A stretch of DNA of 63,395 nucleotides, counting the filler, from Octopus bimaculoides (Eukaryota): the NCBI RefSeq assembly GCF_001194135.2. It is 7 parts of 7 records of this genome, joined end to end, with 100 filler letters (N's around TTAATTAATTAA, not from the genome) between each part and the next. Parts side by side here need not be neighbours in the genome. Positions count along the whole stretch, not along the records: positions 1 to 18,793 come from NC_068995.1; positions 18,894 to 36,744 come from NC_068981.1; 5 more parts are not named here. The stretch is one strand, 5' to 3'. The position numbers were made by a program, and so were the translations under genes. The first letter of the stretch is position 1, and each line of letters starts with the position of its first letter. The notes below the pieces were generated by a model. The model saw nothing but the letters and a program-made list of their open reading frames with translations, was not told where the DNA came from and did no database searches. This document shows positions 15,763 to 28,953 of this stretch, in pieces.

Positions 15763-16140
15763 TTGTTTCAGTCATTTGAATGCGGTCATGCTGGAGCACC
15801 GCCTTTAGTCGAACAAATCGACCCCCAGGCCTTATTCCTTGTAAGCTTAGTACTTATTATATCACTCTCTATTGCTGAAGCACTAAGTTACGCAAACGCA
15901 CCAACTTCGGTTGTCAAACGATGGTGGGCAGACAAATACAGACAAACAAACATATATATACTTACATATATATATATGCATCGGACTTCTTTCAGTTTCC
16001 GTCTACCAAATCTACTCACAAGGCTTTGGTTTGCCCGAGGCTATAGCAGACACTTGCCCAAGGTGTCACGCAGTGAGACTGAACCCGGAAGCATGTGGTT
16101 GGTAAGCAAGCTACTTATCACGCAGCCACTCCTACGCCTA
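15763..16140 (-). mobile_element. tRNA-derived SINE family A (compound, internal microsatellite), representative full copy
   Basis: Head ggcgtaggagtggctgcgtgataagtagcttgc...ttccgggttcagtc, core cttgggcaagtgtc, tail ...gactgaaacaa. Further copies at about 6470-6750, 31870-32212, 39470-39535, 40675-40880, 43190-43515, 45525-46275, 47720-47870, 48645-48992, 50085-50245, 51690-51840 and 52655-52770. Confidence 0.92.
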
Positions 16141-17586
16141 TACTATTGATACATGGAGGTATTTCCGTACTAGATTGTTTCATGGTTTATTGTTCGCTCC
16201 TCTAGGCATACATAACCGGTTTCCTTTCGCAAAATATAGTGTAGATCAGTCGCTTATAGACCTTGTAATACAAAGAGAGATAGAGAGAAGAGAGAGACAG
16301 AGAGAGAGAGAATGAGTGAGAGTAAAAGACAAAGCTAATGTAAGAATTGCGGGATGTGTTCACGGCAGGCAATGAGTAAATGAACGCTGTACAAATACCG
16401 GGAGAAAGAATCACCGAGACAAAGAAGAAGGAATATACGAGTATATACAGCGACTGAGAGAGTGAGTGACAAAGGGGGCGTGGGAGGACTTGTATAATAT
16501 AAATTCAACACAGAGAGTAATTTGTTTTTTCTTAAGAATTTTGAATATTATATATCTAATTATACGTTAAAGTAATAAATATTTCTGTTTTGAAAATTAG
16601 TATTCATTTCGAAATTTTGTAGTAGCACAAACAAATTTGGGAAAAATTAAATTATAATTATTGTGTGCATCCCGTATTTTCTGATATTACTCAAAGCAGC
16701 AAAAATATACTTCCAAAGTTATTTGCAATATGGCAGGTAACATTAATATACATATAAGCACAGGTATATACGTGTATGAACGTGTCTTGACAGACAAGGA
16801 CTCATACGGATACACGCATCTATCCAACCTCGTACATATAAGATGTGATGTCATATATATATCATGACACATGATATATATATAGAGAGTGTGATTTTCC
16901 ATATCTCCATCTTCCTACCACTTCACCAAAACTACAACCTCTAGCGTCAGTATTTGATATCATCATCGTCTGCATTGTCTACAGAATGTCATGTCGCTTG
17001 ATGCTATGGAATACAGTTTCCAGAGTTTCGGTTACAATAGAAACGGTAACATTGACATAGTTAGAAAGGATCTTCTGCCAATATTTTAATCATTGGAATG
17101 GGTTGGATTAGAGGAAGCTTAGAGGAATGGCAGATTTCTGGGTGTGGAAAAAGAAGGAACGAGATGAAGAAGGAAAAGGTGGTATAGAAGGACGAGGGTG
17201 AGGAGAAGGAAAAGGAAGAGGAGTAATTCATTTACAGCTATTTTCGCGACGCAACATCTCCGAGGTTAAAGTGAATGAATTTTCTCCAAAATCAATAAGA
17301 AGAAACTAAAGCACCTACATAACCCATCCACTGTAATCCGTGTAAATGTTTTATCAACAGAGATATTACTTATGGATAAATTATTTCCTGAAACAAACCA
17401 TCACATACCATATCCATATGAATTTGACCGGCTTCCTAAAAACGAAAATAAAAATAAAAATGCCTCTTTCTCTTAAAGGGTGAAGATCGTCGACACAAGA
17501 TTAAACGATTAGACAATGTGGGGCTTTGAATGGCCTAACATTCCGCAGTAAGTTTAATCTTCAAATGTGTTGAACTTTTCAGCTTC

Positions 17587-17796
17587 TAAGAGAAGGTTCT
17601 GAAAAGTTCCTAGCTTTAAGGATATCGCAAAAGGCTTGGTTGGTGGCCCCGAGCCCTTTTGCAGGGCTCAGAAAAGCTGAAGCACCGCTGCAGTAAGTGT
17701 GTGAATCCGAGAGGGGGAATATGTTGAATAACACCATAATTAACTAATCCTTCTCTATTTTCTTTTACCCCAAACCAGAAACTTTCCAACACCCTA
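17587..17796 (+). mobile_element. Mariner-derived MITE (copy 1)
   Basis: Degenerate TIRs (gaaaagttcctagcttt ... aaaccagaaactttccaacaccc-ta). The interior retains a transposase C-terminus remnant (HRCSKCVNPRG/EYVE*). Homologous to 55608-55754. Confidence 0.65.
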
Positions 17797-18109
17797 TCCT
17801 ATTAATCTTAGATGCAGTACTACTATGGACGTGACACTTGCTCTCTCGTCCATTTCTCTCTCTCTCTCTCTCTCACTCCTGCTGTGTGTATGTGCGTGCG
17901 CACGTCTGTGTGCATGCATTTATATACATACAGACACATTCAAACATATCTAAATATGTAATAAACCTAACTGCATATATATTTATGAGTGTACGCATAT
18001 CTACACACACACACGCACACACAGAGCAAAATGCTTTGTATTCATACAAATATATGTATATATATGTGTGTATGCATACATATATGTACATATGCACACA
18101 CATATACAA

Positions 18110-18141
<32 letters not shown>

Positions 18142-18716
18142 ACGCGCGCACACACACGCTCACACACACATATTTGTTTGTCTGTTGGCTAATATGTTCC
18201 CGTTTGTACTTCTATATGTGAGTGCGCGTGTACGTTCACGGCATTTGGTCAAATAAGTTTATCTGGAAATGAAAAACTGGCTCAAGATTTTCCAGCTAAT
18301 AATTTGTCTTTAGCACACACAATAGCCAAATATTTATTCCCGATAAGAAGTTGCACATACTCTTGAAGTCTCTCGGCGCTCGCGCGCGCACACCGTCTTG
18401 TGTACGATCGAACACATACAGACATTGCTTCCTCTCTCATACTCTTCAGAACTTTGGTCAATTTCATTGATTACATCGACCCGCCAGACAACTATCTAGA
18501 CTGTAAGGTTTAAGGCTTTAGAACATGTTTGTAAGTATGAGAGCTCGTATGTATGTATGTATATATATATATGTGCATGTGTGTGTGAGGGAGAGAGTGC
18601 ACTTGCTTGTGTGAATCTGTAATCATACAATATGTACAGAGACAAGAAAGAAACATGAATAAATAAATACATGCATGCATGCATACATACACACACACAT
18701 ATATATATACATATAT

Positions 18717-18763
<47 letters not shown>

Positions 18764-18893
18764 TATATACATATATATATACATATATATATANNNNNNN
18801 NNNNNNNNNNNNNNNNNNNNNNNNNNNNNNNNNNNNNTTAATTAATTAANNNNNNNNNNNNNNNNNNNNNNNNNNNNNNNNNNNNNNNNNNNN

Positions 18894-19225
18894 TGAATGG
18901 TCAAGTAGCTGCTTCAGGACCCAGTCATAATGCTGCTGGAGCTGCGTGAGGCAGCTTCTACCTGGACGGAAACCATGCTGGGTCTCATTCAGCAAGTCAT
19001 TTTCTTCTAGGAACGCAATCAATCTCCTTCTGACAATTCGTTCCATGACTTTGCTAATATGTGAAGTCAGAGAGATGGGCCTGTAGTTCCCAGCCTCTGC
19101 TCTGCTTCCACCTTTATGGATAGGACATATGGTGCCTTCCTTCAGCTTTTTGGGAAGTTTACCATTTGCAAGGAAACTCTGGAAGAGTATCCGGAGTGGT
19201 CCTGCTAATTCTTGTTTACACGATA
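18894..19225 (-). mobile_element. LINE reverse transcriptase fragment (CR1/L2/Jockey-like)
   Basis: LAGPLRILFQSFLANGKLPKKLKEGTICPIHKGGSRAEAGNYRPISLTSHISKVMERIV...QHGFRPGRSCLTQL contains RT domains 0-2 (NYRPISL, QxGFRxGRSC). It runs into a gap. Confidence 0.93.
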
Positions 19226-19599
19226 TATATATCACTCAAAATGTCTGCCCTGTTTTGCCCTCATACCCTCATATCTTAAAATGTTTCTAGACACGAAAAG
19301 AAAGACATGACTATCAAGGCTAGTTTAGATTTCATCGTAGGTTTGGTCCATTATAGTTATATAGGGGTAAAAGACGAATGCATCCTGTTTGTTGCTGGTT
19401 CTACATATACCTAACATTTAAGTTTATCAGGTGTGTGATATGCATTCTTATTTGACACTTTTAAGAGACTTGACAAGATATACCTTCGACAGACTGTATC
19501 AATGAGTATCAATGAGTATCACTGACTATGATAAAGAATATTATCACCGAACCAGCAAAATAGTTGTATTAGAAGTAAAGGCCATTTTCTGCTGTCATA

Positions 19600-19900
19600 A
19601 TTCAACATTTACTCAGGGTACCAGCAAGCAAAATGTAAAAGGCGTTGCCCCGAAGGATAGCGAGGGAGATGCGCTGGAACAGTCACTCGGACGCACGGGC
19701 CTCGCACTTCCGTACAAAAATCTCCGTCCTGATAGCAGTGAGAAGGGATATGGACCGGGGGCCAAGAACGCTGGAGGTCTCTACTGCCACAGTTTCGACC
19801 ATATACCTGTTCAGAGGTTTTGTCAAGACGAATACCCCAGTTTTCTGCCTTCTAACAATACGTCCGTATTGTCATTTTCTAATGGATAATTCTGATAATC
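19600..19900 (-). mobile_element. CRE-clade non-LTR retrotransposon 3' end (RLE domain)
   Basis: Minus strand reads RYMVETVAVETSSVLGPRSISLLTAIRTEIFVRKCEARASE*LFQRISLAILRGNA, the CRE-type C-terminus (AVET.G..G ... LFQRISxAIxRGNA). One W has become a stop. Confidence 0.8.
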
Positions 19901-22034
19901 TTATAAAAGTGTGTTACTGATGCGTACGATGTGTTTCTGTGGGTTTTTTTCGTCTATATAAGAAGTATAGTAATACATGCTCATCAATTTTGTCAACAAT
20001 GCAAACAAATTCAGACATATAAACCCAAATGTTTACATATTCAATCGGCTAGTAACCCAAAAACACATTCGTTCCCAAGACTGATTTGCTATACTACGGT
20101 AGATAAAATAATAAGTTGGTATAATATCTTAATACTTAAATTAGTTTCTTAAAGTCATTAACTATACTTTCACTATAATCATATGAATCTACAATTGTTT
20201 ATAAAAATGTTGGCCGAACGCATTTAACTTTATGTCCGTAATAAAATGGAGTGATTGTGTACTGTATTTCTATAAAAATAGAAATTCTGTAAAATGTTCT
20301 CCATTTATAACTTTCGAATATTTTTGTAAAAGAATTGAAGACAATTTCACCGGAAAATATTTAACTTCTCGAAAAAGGGTGGATTACGCTGATTCAAGAA
20401 CAAGAAATCAAGGGTTAATGAACGAAATTCCGATCATTCTGTACCACCTGGACAGAGACGCTTTCGTTTGATAAATGATCCTAAAGTCCCAACTGAATTA
20501 TGTGATGTTAATCGTTAATATATATGTAACTGAAAATAAAATTATAAAATATTCGCATAAACATTCCATAAAACATAGATTTAATGCTATTCAAATAACA
20601 ATAATAGATTACTCACCTTCAATTGTAAGGAAAAAATTGATACAAAAGTGAATTACAGTGAAATGCATTGTAGACAAGTTCTTATTTCATATACTTCAAG
20701 CTTTAAACGGTAAATAAGTAACAAATGTAATAAGAGAGAGAAACATGCCTATAAATATTACAAACATCAGCACGATATACACCATAACAATCAACATGAC
20801 CTGATTATTTAGCATTCAAGGAAATAAGGAACTAAAAAATAATGAACGTACAGACATACAAACACACACACACAACCATACATACATAATACANNNNNNN
20901 NNNNNNNNNNNNNNNNNNNNNNNNNNNNNNNNNNNNNNNNNNNNNNNNNNNNNNNNNNNNNNNNNNNNNNNNNNNNNNNNNNNNNNNNNNNNNNNNNNNN
21001 NNNNNNNNNNNNNNNNNNNNNNNNNNNNNNNNNNNNNNNNNNNNNNNNNNNNNNNNNNNNNNNNNNNNNNNNNNNNNNNNNNNNNNNNNNNNNNNNNNNN
21101 NNNNNNNNNNNNNNNNNNNNNNNNNNNNNNNNNNNNNNNNNNNNNNNNNNNNNNNNNNNNNNNNNNNNNNNNNNNNNNNNNNNNNNNNNNNNNNNNNNNN
21201 NNNNNNNNNNNNNNNNNNNNNNNNNNNNNNNNNNNNNNNNNNNNNNNNNNNNNNNNNNNNNNNNNNNNNNNNNNNNNNNNNNNNNNNNNNNNNNNNNNNN
21301 NNNNNNNNNNNNNNNNNNNNNNNNNNNNNNNNNNNNNNNNNNNNNNNNNNNNNNNNNNNNNNNNNNNNNNNNNNNNNNNNNNNNNNNNNNNNNNNNNNNN
21401 NNNNNNNNNNNNNNNNNNNNNNNNNNNNNNNNNNNNNNNNNNNNNNNNNNNNNNNNNNNNNNNNNNNNNNNNNNNNNNNNNNNNNNNNNNNNNNNNNNNN
21501 NNNNNNNNNNNNNNNNNNNNNNNNNNNNNNNNNNNNNNNNNNNNNNNNNNNNNNNNNNNNNNNNNNNNNNNNNNNNNTATATATATATATATGCGTAAAC
21601 GAAGATAGCATAACTGCGCAGAACGAAACTTTGGAAACAAAATGACAATGACATATGTAAAAGATTGACAGGATCTACAAAACAGGCGTTCTAGAAGATT
21701 TAATTTATAAGGCAATTCATACATGAACATGCATCCTCTTTTTTCCATGACAAGAATATACAAGATGCAACTGAAGTTTAAGTTTATGAAAATGAAGATT
21801 TTATAGACACTATCCAGTTAATATTCTTGTTTTATGGTCTACATTAAATTCTAGACTAACTGTCCATGTTGTAGTGTATCCGTGGTTAGGCGGATTTTAC
21901 ATAGACAGGCACCGCCTTCTTGTCTATATACTTGTATGTATGTGTGTGTAGATATATGTATGTTTGTTTATGTAAGTACGGATGTGCACATACATGCGTC
22001 TTTCCTTGTTTGTGTCAAAATATCCATATGGAGA

Positions 22035-23240
22035 GAGAAAAGTTCATAAGCTAAATATGAATGAGTAATACTAAAGCTGTAACATCTTGCATGCATTAAT
22101 TTCAACTCTACCTATTGCTTATTAATAACTGCATTCTACTTTCCCAGTGAAGACTTCAACCATAACTAGTAGTGACTTCACTTGAAAATCGGCAAAATGT
22201 GGTCCTGCAGAATAAAAGCTTTAGCCCCAACGACATTCATGCTGACTCGGTTGCTATATTAAGAGACGACACACCACCTTAATCAGTAGTGCAAAACTGG
22301 GCAGATGAATTTAGGAGGGGAAGGGAGTCTTGAAGATGATCCAACGCCTGAAAATCCTGCTGCTGCCACCACCGACGGGAGCATTGATCGTGTTCACTAC
22401 ATGCTGATGGATGACAGCCGATGGACGATAGATCAAACAAGATATGTTATTGAATATCTCGTAAGACTATTGAGAATATTCTGGTCAATGAACATGACAT
22501 GACAAAGATTTCTGCTCCCTGAGTGCCATGGCTTCGGACACCTGCTCAATAGCGCACCAGGCTGATCACACCACGGGAAAATCTTACATTGTTTGAGGCA
22601 GATTCATCTGATATGTTTGCACGTTTCTAAACCCAGGATGAGTGTTGGCTTCCTGACTTTGAATCAGAGACGTGACAATCCATGTAGTAGAATCACCCCT
22701 CCTCACCTACTCCAAAGAGGGCCTAGGTCATTTCATCTTTAGGGTAAGTGACAGCCTCAGTTTTCTGGAATACAAAACGCATTACTTTTATTGACTCTCT
22801 TCAAACGAGCTAGCCCATCAATGGAAAGTATTATGCTAACTTTCTCAGGTAGTTATGGAATCCTATCAAGAGGAAACGCCCAGCAAAACTGACGAAAAAG
22901 GTCTTGTTTCATCAGGAAAATGCTTTAGCACACAAGTCCTTGATTTTATTGACTGGTGTGCGTTACTGTGGTGTTGAACTAGTTGATCAGCTTCGATATT
23001 CTCCTGAGTTGGTCCCATTTAACTCTCATCTGATCCCAGCATGAAAAACCAATTGGCTGGAAGCAATATCGCAGTGATGATAACGACATACCTCTTGTTG
23101 ATATCCAGCACGATGAAAGCTTCTTCATAAACACTGCAACACCGATGAAAGAAGGGTATGGACCGGAGGAGGACTACGTTGAAAAATATATCTCATTTGG
23201 TCATATTCCATGAGAGAATTTTGGTCAGCCTGTATATATA
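22035..23240 (+). mobile_element. Decayed near-full-length mariner transposon (transposase pseudogene)
   Basis: Remnant motifs: VQNWADEFRRGRESLEDDP, QDE(C)W, VFW, INGKYYA, KRP.KL.K.VLFHQ(E)NA.AH, YSPEL.P, RWKK.MDRR.DYVEK. A left TIR remnant aaaagttcataagct is present. Many stops and frameshifts. Confidence 0.92.
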
Positions 23241-23256
23241 TACATACATACACATG

Positions 23257-23288
<32 letters not shown>

Positions 23289-23972
23289 NNNNNNNNNNGC
23301 AACACCGATGAAAGAAGGGTATGGACCGGAGGAGGACTACGTTGAAAAATATATCTCATTTGGTCATATTCCATGAGAGAATTTTGGTCAGCCTGTATAT
23401 ATATACATTTATGCATATGAATGTGTGTTTATATTCATATGGGTTTGAATGCCCGAATGTGTATTTATATGCATGTCTGAGCCTTTATCTGCCAATGATT
23501 GTAAATGCAGTTGCTCCATAATAGCATATTTGCCCATAGATGCAATTACTAGATATGCCTGGCTGAGAATACAATGCATCAAGACAAAGATATTTCGTAC
23601 TGTATCAATAACAAATGCACATTCAGTTGATTAATGCTTAAATGCTAATATGACTTCGATATTATATGTAAGACACGTAGTCTTACATTTAGTTACAATC
23701 GATGTTTGGCCACCCACTGCTTCACATTCCAAAACACTTCATGTACACAGACGTGCAAAAATACAATACTCATAATGTAATTTTTCTATTTATGTTAGCT
23801 AAATATACTTCCGTGCAGATCAATCTCAAACTGTTCTTAGATTACAAATATTTGTATATTATAGTTTATAATTTGATACTAGTGTTATTTAGAAAGATGT
23901 GATAAACTGTAGCTGATAAAATGTACTGACTTCTTAAGTTTCACTACAGGGAATGCACCATAAATTTTAAGA

Positions 23973-24035
23973 TTTTAGGGACAAAAGTTGTGGTTTTAGG
24001 GACAAAAGTTGTGGTTTCAGGGACAACAGTTGTGT
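23973..24035. repeat. 21-bp minisatellite, 3 copies
   Basis: ttttagggacaaaagttgtgg x2 followed by tttcagggacaacagttgtgt. Confidence 0.9.
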
Positions 24036-24225
24036 GCGATGATCATAGGCGAGATTTGTTATATCATTAGCTTTCTTTGAAGTCATTTTGTAGCAATATT
24101 TGTTATCATATATTTCATTAGATAACCTTATTATATAAGTATATGTGTGAATATTTTTATGCATGTGGATGAACTTGCACTTGTGTTATATGTGTACTTT
24201 TATATGTGTGTATATNNNNNNNNNN

Positions 24226-24257
<32 letters not shown>

Positions 24258-24596
24258 GGCATGTATATATGTATACATGTACATCTAGAGGCATGTATAT
24301 GTAAGCACACAAGTTTACACGCATGACATGGATTTATTCCAGTTTATTTCACTTTCGTATATACTATTGTATTTTATTTTATTTTATTTCTTCTGTATTT
24401 ACTATTTATTTATTCTATTTTTACTTATTACCTTTATACTCATTTTAGATCTTTTATTTTATTTCTGATCATATATAAATCAACTATATACCTAAAGGAG
24501 TAAATTAGAAACGAACATATTATGCCAGTACAAATAAATATTGATGTACATAGAGACATACCTACTTGTTGCGTGCGTGGGTGTATGTGTGTGTGA

Positions 24597-24643
<47 letters not shown>

Positions 24644-25291
24644 TGTATGCATGTACGTAGGCGCATATACGCACACACATGTACAAACATAGATATAAAT
24701 TTTGTTTCACTTTTACGTTATTTATCCCATGAACAGAAATTTTATTTATTATTATTTTTATTTTCCTTTGCTCTTACTTTCTTATATTCATTACTTTAAT
24801 TAACCCATATATCATTTAGCCCATCATTCATGATTGTTAATATTACTATTATTGAATTTAAATAAAAGGAATAATTTTAACGCATGCGTACACACCCACC
24901 CACACACGCCTTTAGATACACGCATTATAAAAACGTTTATATATTCTGTATATTCCGAAAATATCCTAATGTAGTCCTTATTGTCCTCTGAAAACCCTGA
25001 CGATTTTCCTCATAAAGTATTTAAGATGTTATAGTATATTTTTATATATGTTTTGTAATTCTAATCTTATTTGAGAAATGAAATAATTGTTGGTTAATAT
25101 GTTGATTAATTAATAAACTAATATTTATCCATTAGATCTCTCCGTTTTCCAACTCAATAAAAATGACTGATATCTTACGATATTGTATATAATATGTTCA
25201 CTGAAGGATTATCTCCTCAAAATTTAATATACTAAGCCAGTGTATCTTGGATAAATATCCCTATAAGAATGTTTGAATATCCTCTTGCGAC

Positions 25292-25346
<55 letters not shown>

Positions 25347-27762
25347 NNNNNNNNNNNNNNNNNNNNNNNNNNNNNNNNNNNNNNNNNNNNNNNNNNNNNN
25401 NNNNNNNNNNNNNNNNNNNNNNNNNNNNNNNNNNNNNNNNNNNNNNNNNNNNNNNNNNNNNNNNNNNNNNNNNNNNNNNNNNNNNNNNNNNNNNNNNNNN
25501 NNNNNNNNNNNNNNNNNNNNNNNNNNNNNNNNNNNNNNNNNNNNNNNNNNNNNNNNNNNNNNNNNNNNNNNNNNNNNNNNNNNNNNNNNNNNNNNNNNNN
25601 NNNNNNNNNNNNNNNNNNNNNNNNNNNNNNNNNNNNNNNNNNNNNNNNNNNNNNNNNNNNNNNNNNNNNNNNNNNNNNNNNNNNNNNNNNNNNNNNNNNN
25701 NNNNNNNNNNNNNNNNNNNNNNNNNNNNNNNNNNNNNNNNNNNNNNNNNNNNNNNNNNNNNNNNNNNNNNNNNNNNNNNNNNNNNNNNNNNNNNNNNNNN
25801 NNNNNNNNNNNNNNNNNNNNNNNNNNNNNNNNNNNNNNNNNNNNNNNNNNNNNNNNNNNNNNNNNNNNNNNNNNNNNNNNNNNNNNNNNNNNNNNNNNNN
25901 NNNNNNNNNNNNNNNNNNNNNNNNNNNNNNNNNNNNNNNNNNNNNNNNNNNNNNNNNNNNNNNNNNNNNNNNNNNNNNNNNNNNNNNNNNNNNNNNNNNN
26001 NNNNNNNNNNNNNNNNNNNNNNNNNNNNNNNNNNNNNNNNNNNNNNNNNNNNNNNNNNNNNNNNNNNNNNNNNNNNNNNNNNNNNNNNNNNNNNNNNNNN
26101 NNNNNNNNNNNNNNNNNNNNNNNNNNNNTATATATATATATATTATATATATATACATATATAACATGCATATATACATATATACTTTTATACACATATA
26201 TATATTTATACATCTATGTATAGATATATGCTCACATGCACACATACACACACGTCATATTTATGTGTGCTCGTGTGTGTGTGTATGTGTGTGTGTGTGT
26301 GTGTGTGTGCGCGTCTATACGTGTGTGTATAAAGTCAGCATGAAATTTCACCTATCGGTATATATTCAATTTGACTGTTAAACGTTTGTTGCAATTGTCT
26401 GGTTTAGAGTTGAAAACAATTTACAGAATCTGTCTATTGTTGACACCATTATTTACTCTATTTATTTGCTTTTATTTGTTAAAGTACTGTTTTAATCGAA
26501 ACGTCAAAAGGTGGTATGGCATGAAGAAAACATTCGATAAACTACTTATCAACTACTTATCTTGCAAGTGTGTGAAATTTAGTATTTATTATCGTTGAGC
26601 AAAGGCATATAACTTCATTTACCTAATTGTGTTAAACTTAGCAATAAACTGCAAATATAATATTGAACTCCTAATTTAAATAATGCTGTCAGTACATTTT
26701 AGATAGCATTCTGTGAAAAATATCCGTTGAATGTAATCGTGAAATGTATTGGTAGCATTCGTTTAATATTTGTCTCATCTATATTCTGTTAATTAAATAC
26801 TTATAATTAGTAATGGGATTGTACTTGTTTATGTTGTTTTTCTCAATTCTCTTTCATGACTTTTATATTCAAACAAACTGGTTTTTTATATTAAACATTA
26901 TTTTGCTTTTAATCCATGTTTCTAACGGGTTTTGTAGGCTACTTTAATTTTGTAATTGCTTAAATGCAGGCAAATTAATTATTTGTCTACTATACAGTTA
27001 CGTTGCCTCTGTAATTTTTGAAATATTGTAGTTAAATATCGAATTTTTTATATGATTTCAAATCACTGATATGCATCGAAGAGTAGTTCATTTTCAAATA
27101 GTAATAATGGATTTGAAATATATATGCTTGGTCTCAGCATCTCTCATAAATAACGCTTCACTCCCAGCCAGACATATACACACATGACCTTTTTTTTTCT
27201 TGCATTTATAAAAGATCTATTGAATAACATAGATCAACATCGCTTTTGCGTTACTCAATTATCTTTTTATTTAGAGATAATTCGGCAAGTTTGGCATGCA
27301 CATATACTTAAAAGTTGTTGATCAAACTAAAACTAAAATTGTTTACACATTTAAATAATACGAATTATTTCTATTTTCATGGATTTAACCACTAATAGTA
27401 AGTGAAATAATATTTGTTTGTTTCTATACAATGGGGTAAGTTGCATCTTACTCCTAAAGAATACGAATACGGGAGTTTTAATCACTGAATCGGGTTTTGT
27501 TTTCTTTTTTCTCAGATATATATTCGAACACTCAAAAGAATATGAATTCGAAAGATAACAAAAAATGTTCACTAAAATATATACAGATAGTTTGTATGAA
27601 TATAGATAAATAGTATATATAAAGGCATACAAATAAAGTATAAAATAAAAATAAAGACATTTACAATACCTACGTTGATGCACAGTCTATGTTTATTTTC
27701 TTACGGATGCACAAGCATTCTAGTATAGAGTAATATACCCATTCACATTTTAAAAACCTTAC

Positions 27763-27820
27763 CTTGGGCACCATACTGCCAGAACAGAACTAGCAAGGCC
27801 AGAAGCAGCATTTGGTCCAT
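27763..27820 (-). CDS. Signal-peptide first coding exon of a secreted or membrane protein
   Basis: ATG...MDQMLLLALLVLFWQYGAQ(G)|gtaag: 58 nt, hydrophobic core, small residues near the C-terminal end, phase-1 donor typical of leader exons. Confidence 0.65.
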
Positions 27821-28953
27821 ATAATCTCGCTTCATTCTTTTACATCACTTATTAGAAGCAACAAGAGAGCCTATCAATTAAGATATATGAAGCAAGAAGT
27901 GTCAGATGTAGAAAAAAGACAGAGAAAAGACGTTTTGGTGGGATGGAGATGCACCAATGCAGTACAATAATACATGACATTCATATAACATAATTGAAGA
28001 CACAGATAAGACAACTTCAAAATATAGAATACATATAATGTTGTATGTACCATATATTATTAACGGAGATATGTACATGTATGTATTTAAATACAATATC
28101 CATCTATGCATATAACAATACGTCTATGTAAGCAACAAGTACACATTTGAGCATGGCATGAATACGTTATATACGGATTGCAAATGTATAAATTTCAGAA
28201 TTTCAGAATCCATTCATATAATGGATGACGTAGTAACTATTAACATTCAGCATCAAAACTTCAATTCTTTGAAAATTAATTAACACCCCATTTAAAAACA
28301 ACTACTTTCACAAACCCTTTTCTAATAGTATATTTGATGTAAGTTAAATATGCTCCCATAGCTCAGCTGTGGGATCAATTAAAATCGATATCCGTATGCA
28401 ACAAGTAACAGCTTACTGTTATTCACTAAACGTCTCTGTATGGTCTATTGAGATATTTTAACGGTCCGGCATTGCAATCGATGGACAAATGAAACGATGA
28501 CAGAGATGAAAAAGAAAATTTTATGCAACAACTTTTGCGAACACCAATGAATAAGAGACCCATTTACAAAACAAGTATTCACCTTCCATTTTATAAAAAT
28601 AATGCACGAAAAGACATAAGAAGAAACACTTATAGCCAGACAATCGTAGTTTCATTTAATCGAGCAGCGAGTAAACAAAATGCAAACAAGAGCACTCAGA
28701 GAGCACAAACCTCCGCCAATGTTTCTTTATTTTGGCACTAAGGCTACAACACAGAGGGGACACTACAAAGACAGATACAACACCACAGTGGAGACAAAAA
28801 CATAAAACGAATGAAAATGTAATGTTATATAAAAATGAGAAATGAAATGGTTGCATGGGCCCCACTCCCATGCAGTATCATTTGAACGTTTATATAGACT
28901 ATTAACAATCGTTCTATTATCATATTGTTTTTTCTTAATCACGTTTTTCCCCC

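Noticed and set aside
18838-18849. TTAATTAATTAA centred in 100-nt N gaps (also 36789, 44910, 47470, 49603, 52599)
   Set aside because: An identical 12-mer inside N runs that gives stops in all six frames. It is a scaffolding spacer for unsized gaps, not biology.
23136-23410. Direct duplication of the mariner 3' end on both sides of a 10-N gap (similar case at 35110-35190)
   Set aside because: Near-identical contig-end overlap across a minimal gap; an assembly artefact rather than a tandem duplication.
23440-23750. Minus-strand open frames considered as the partner of the 27.8-kb leader exon
   Set aside because: No Ig-like or other recognisable pattern, and splice phases are inconsistent.
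25224-26381. Long ORFs spanning N gaps, and YI/HT/CV dipeptide ORFs throughout
   Set aside because: Produced by N runs and (AT)n/(AC)n microsatellites.
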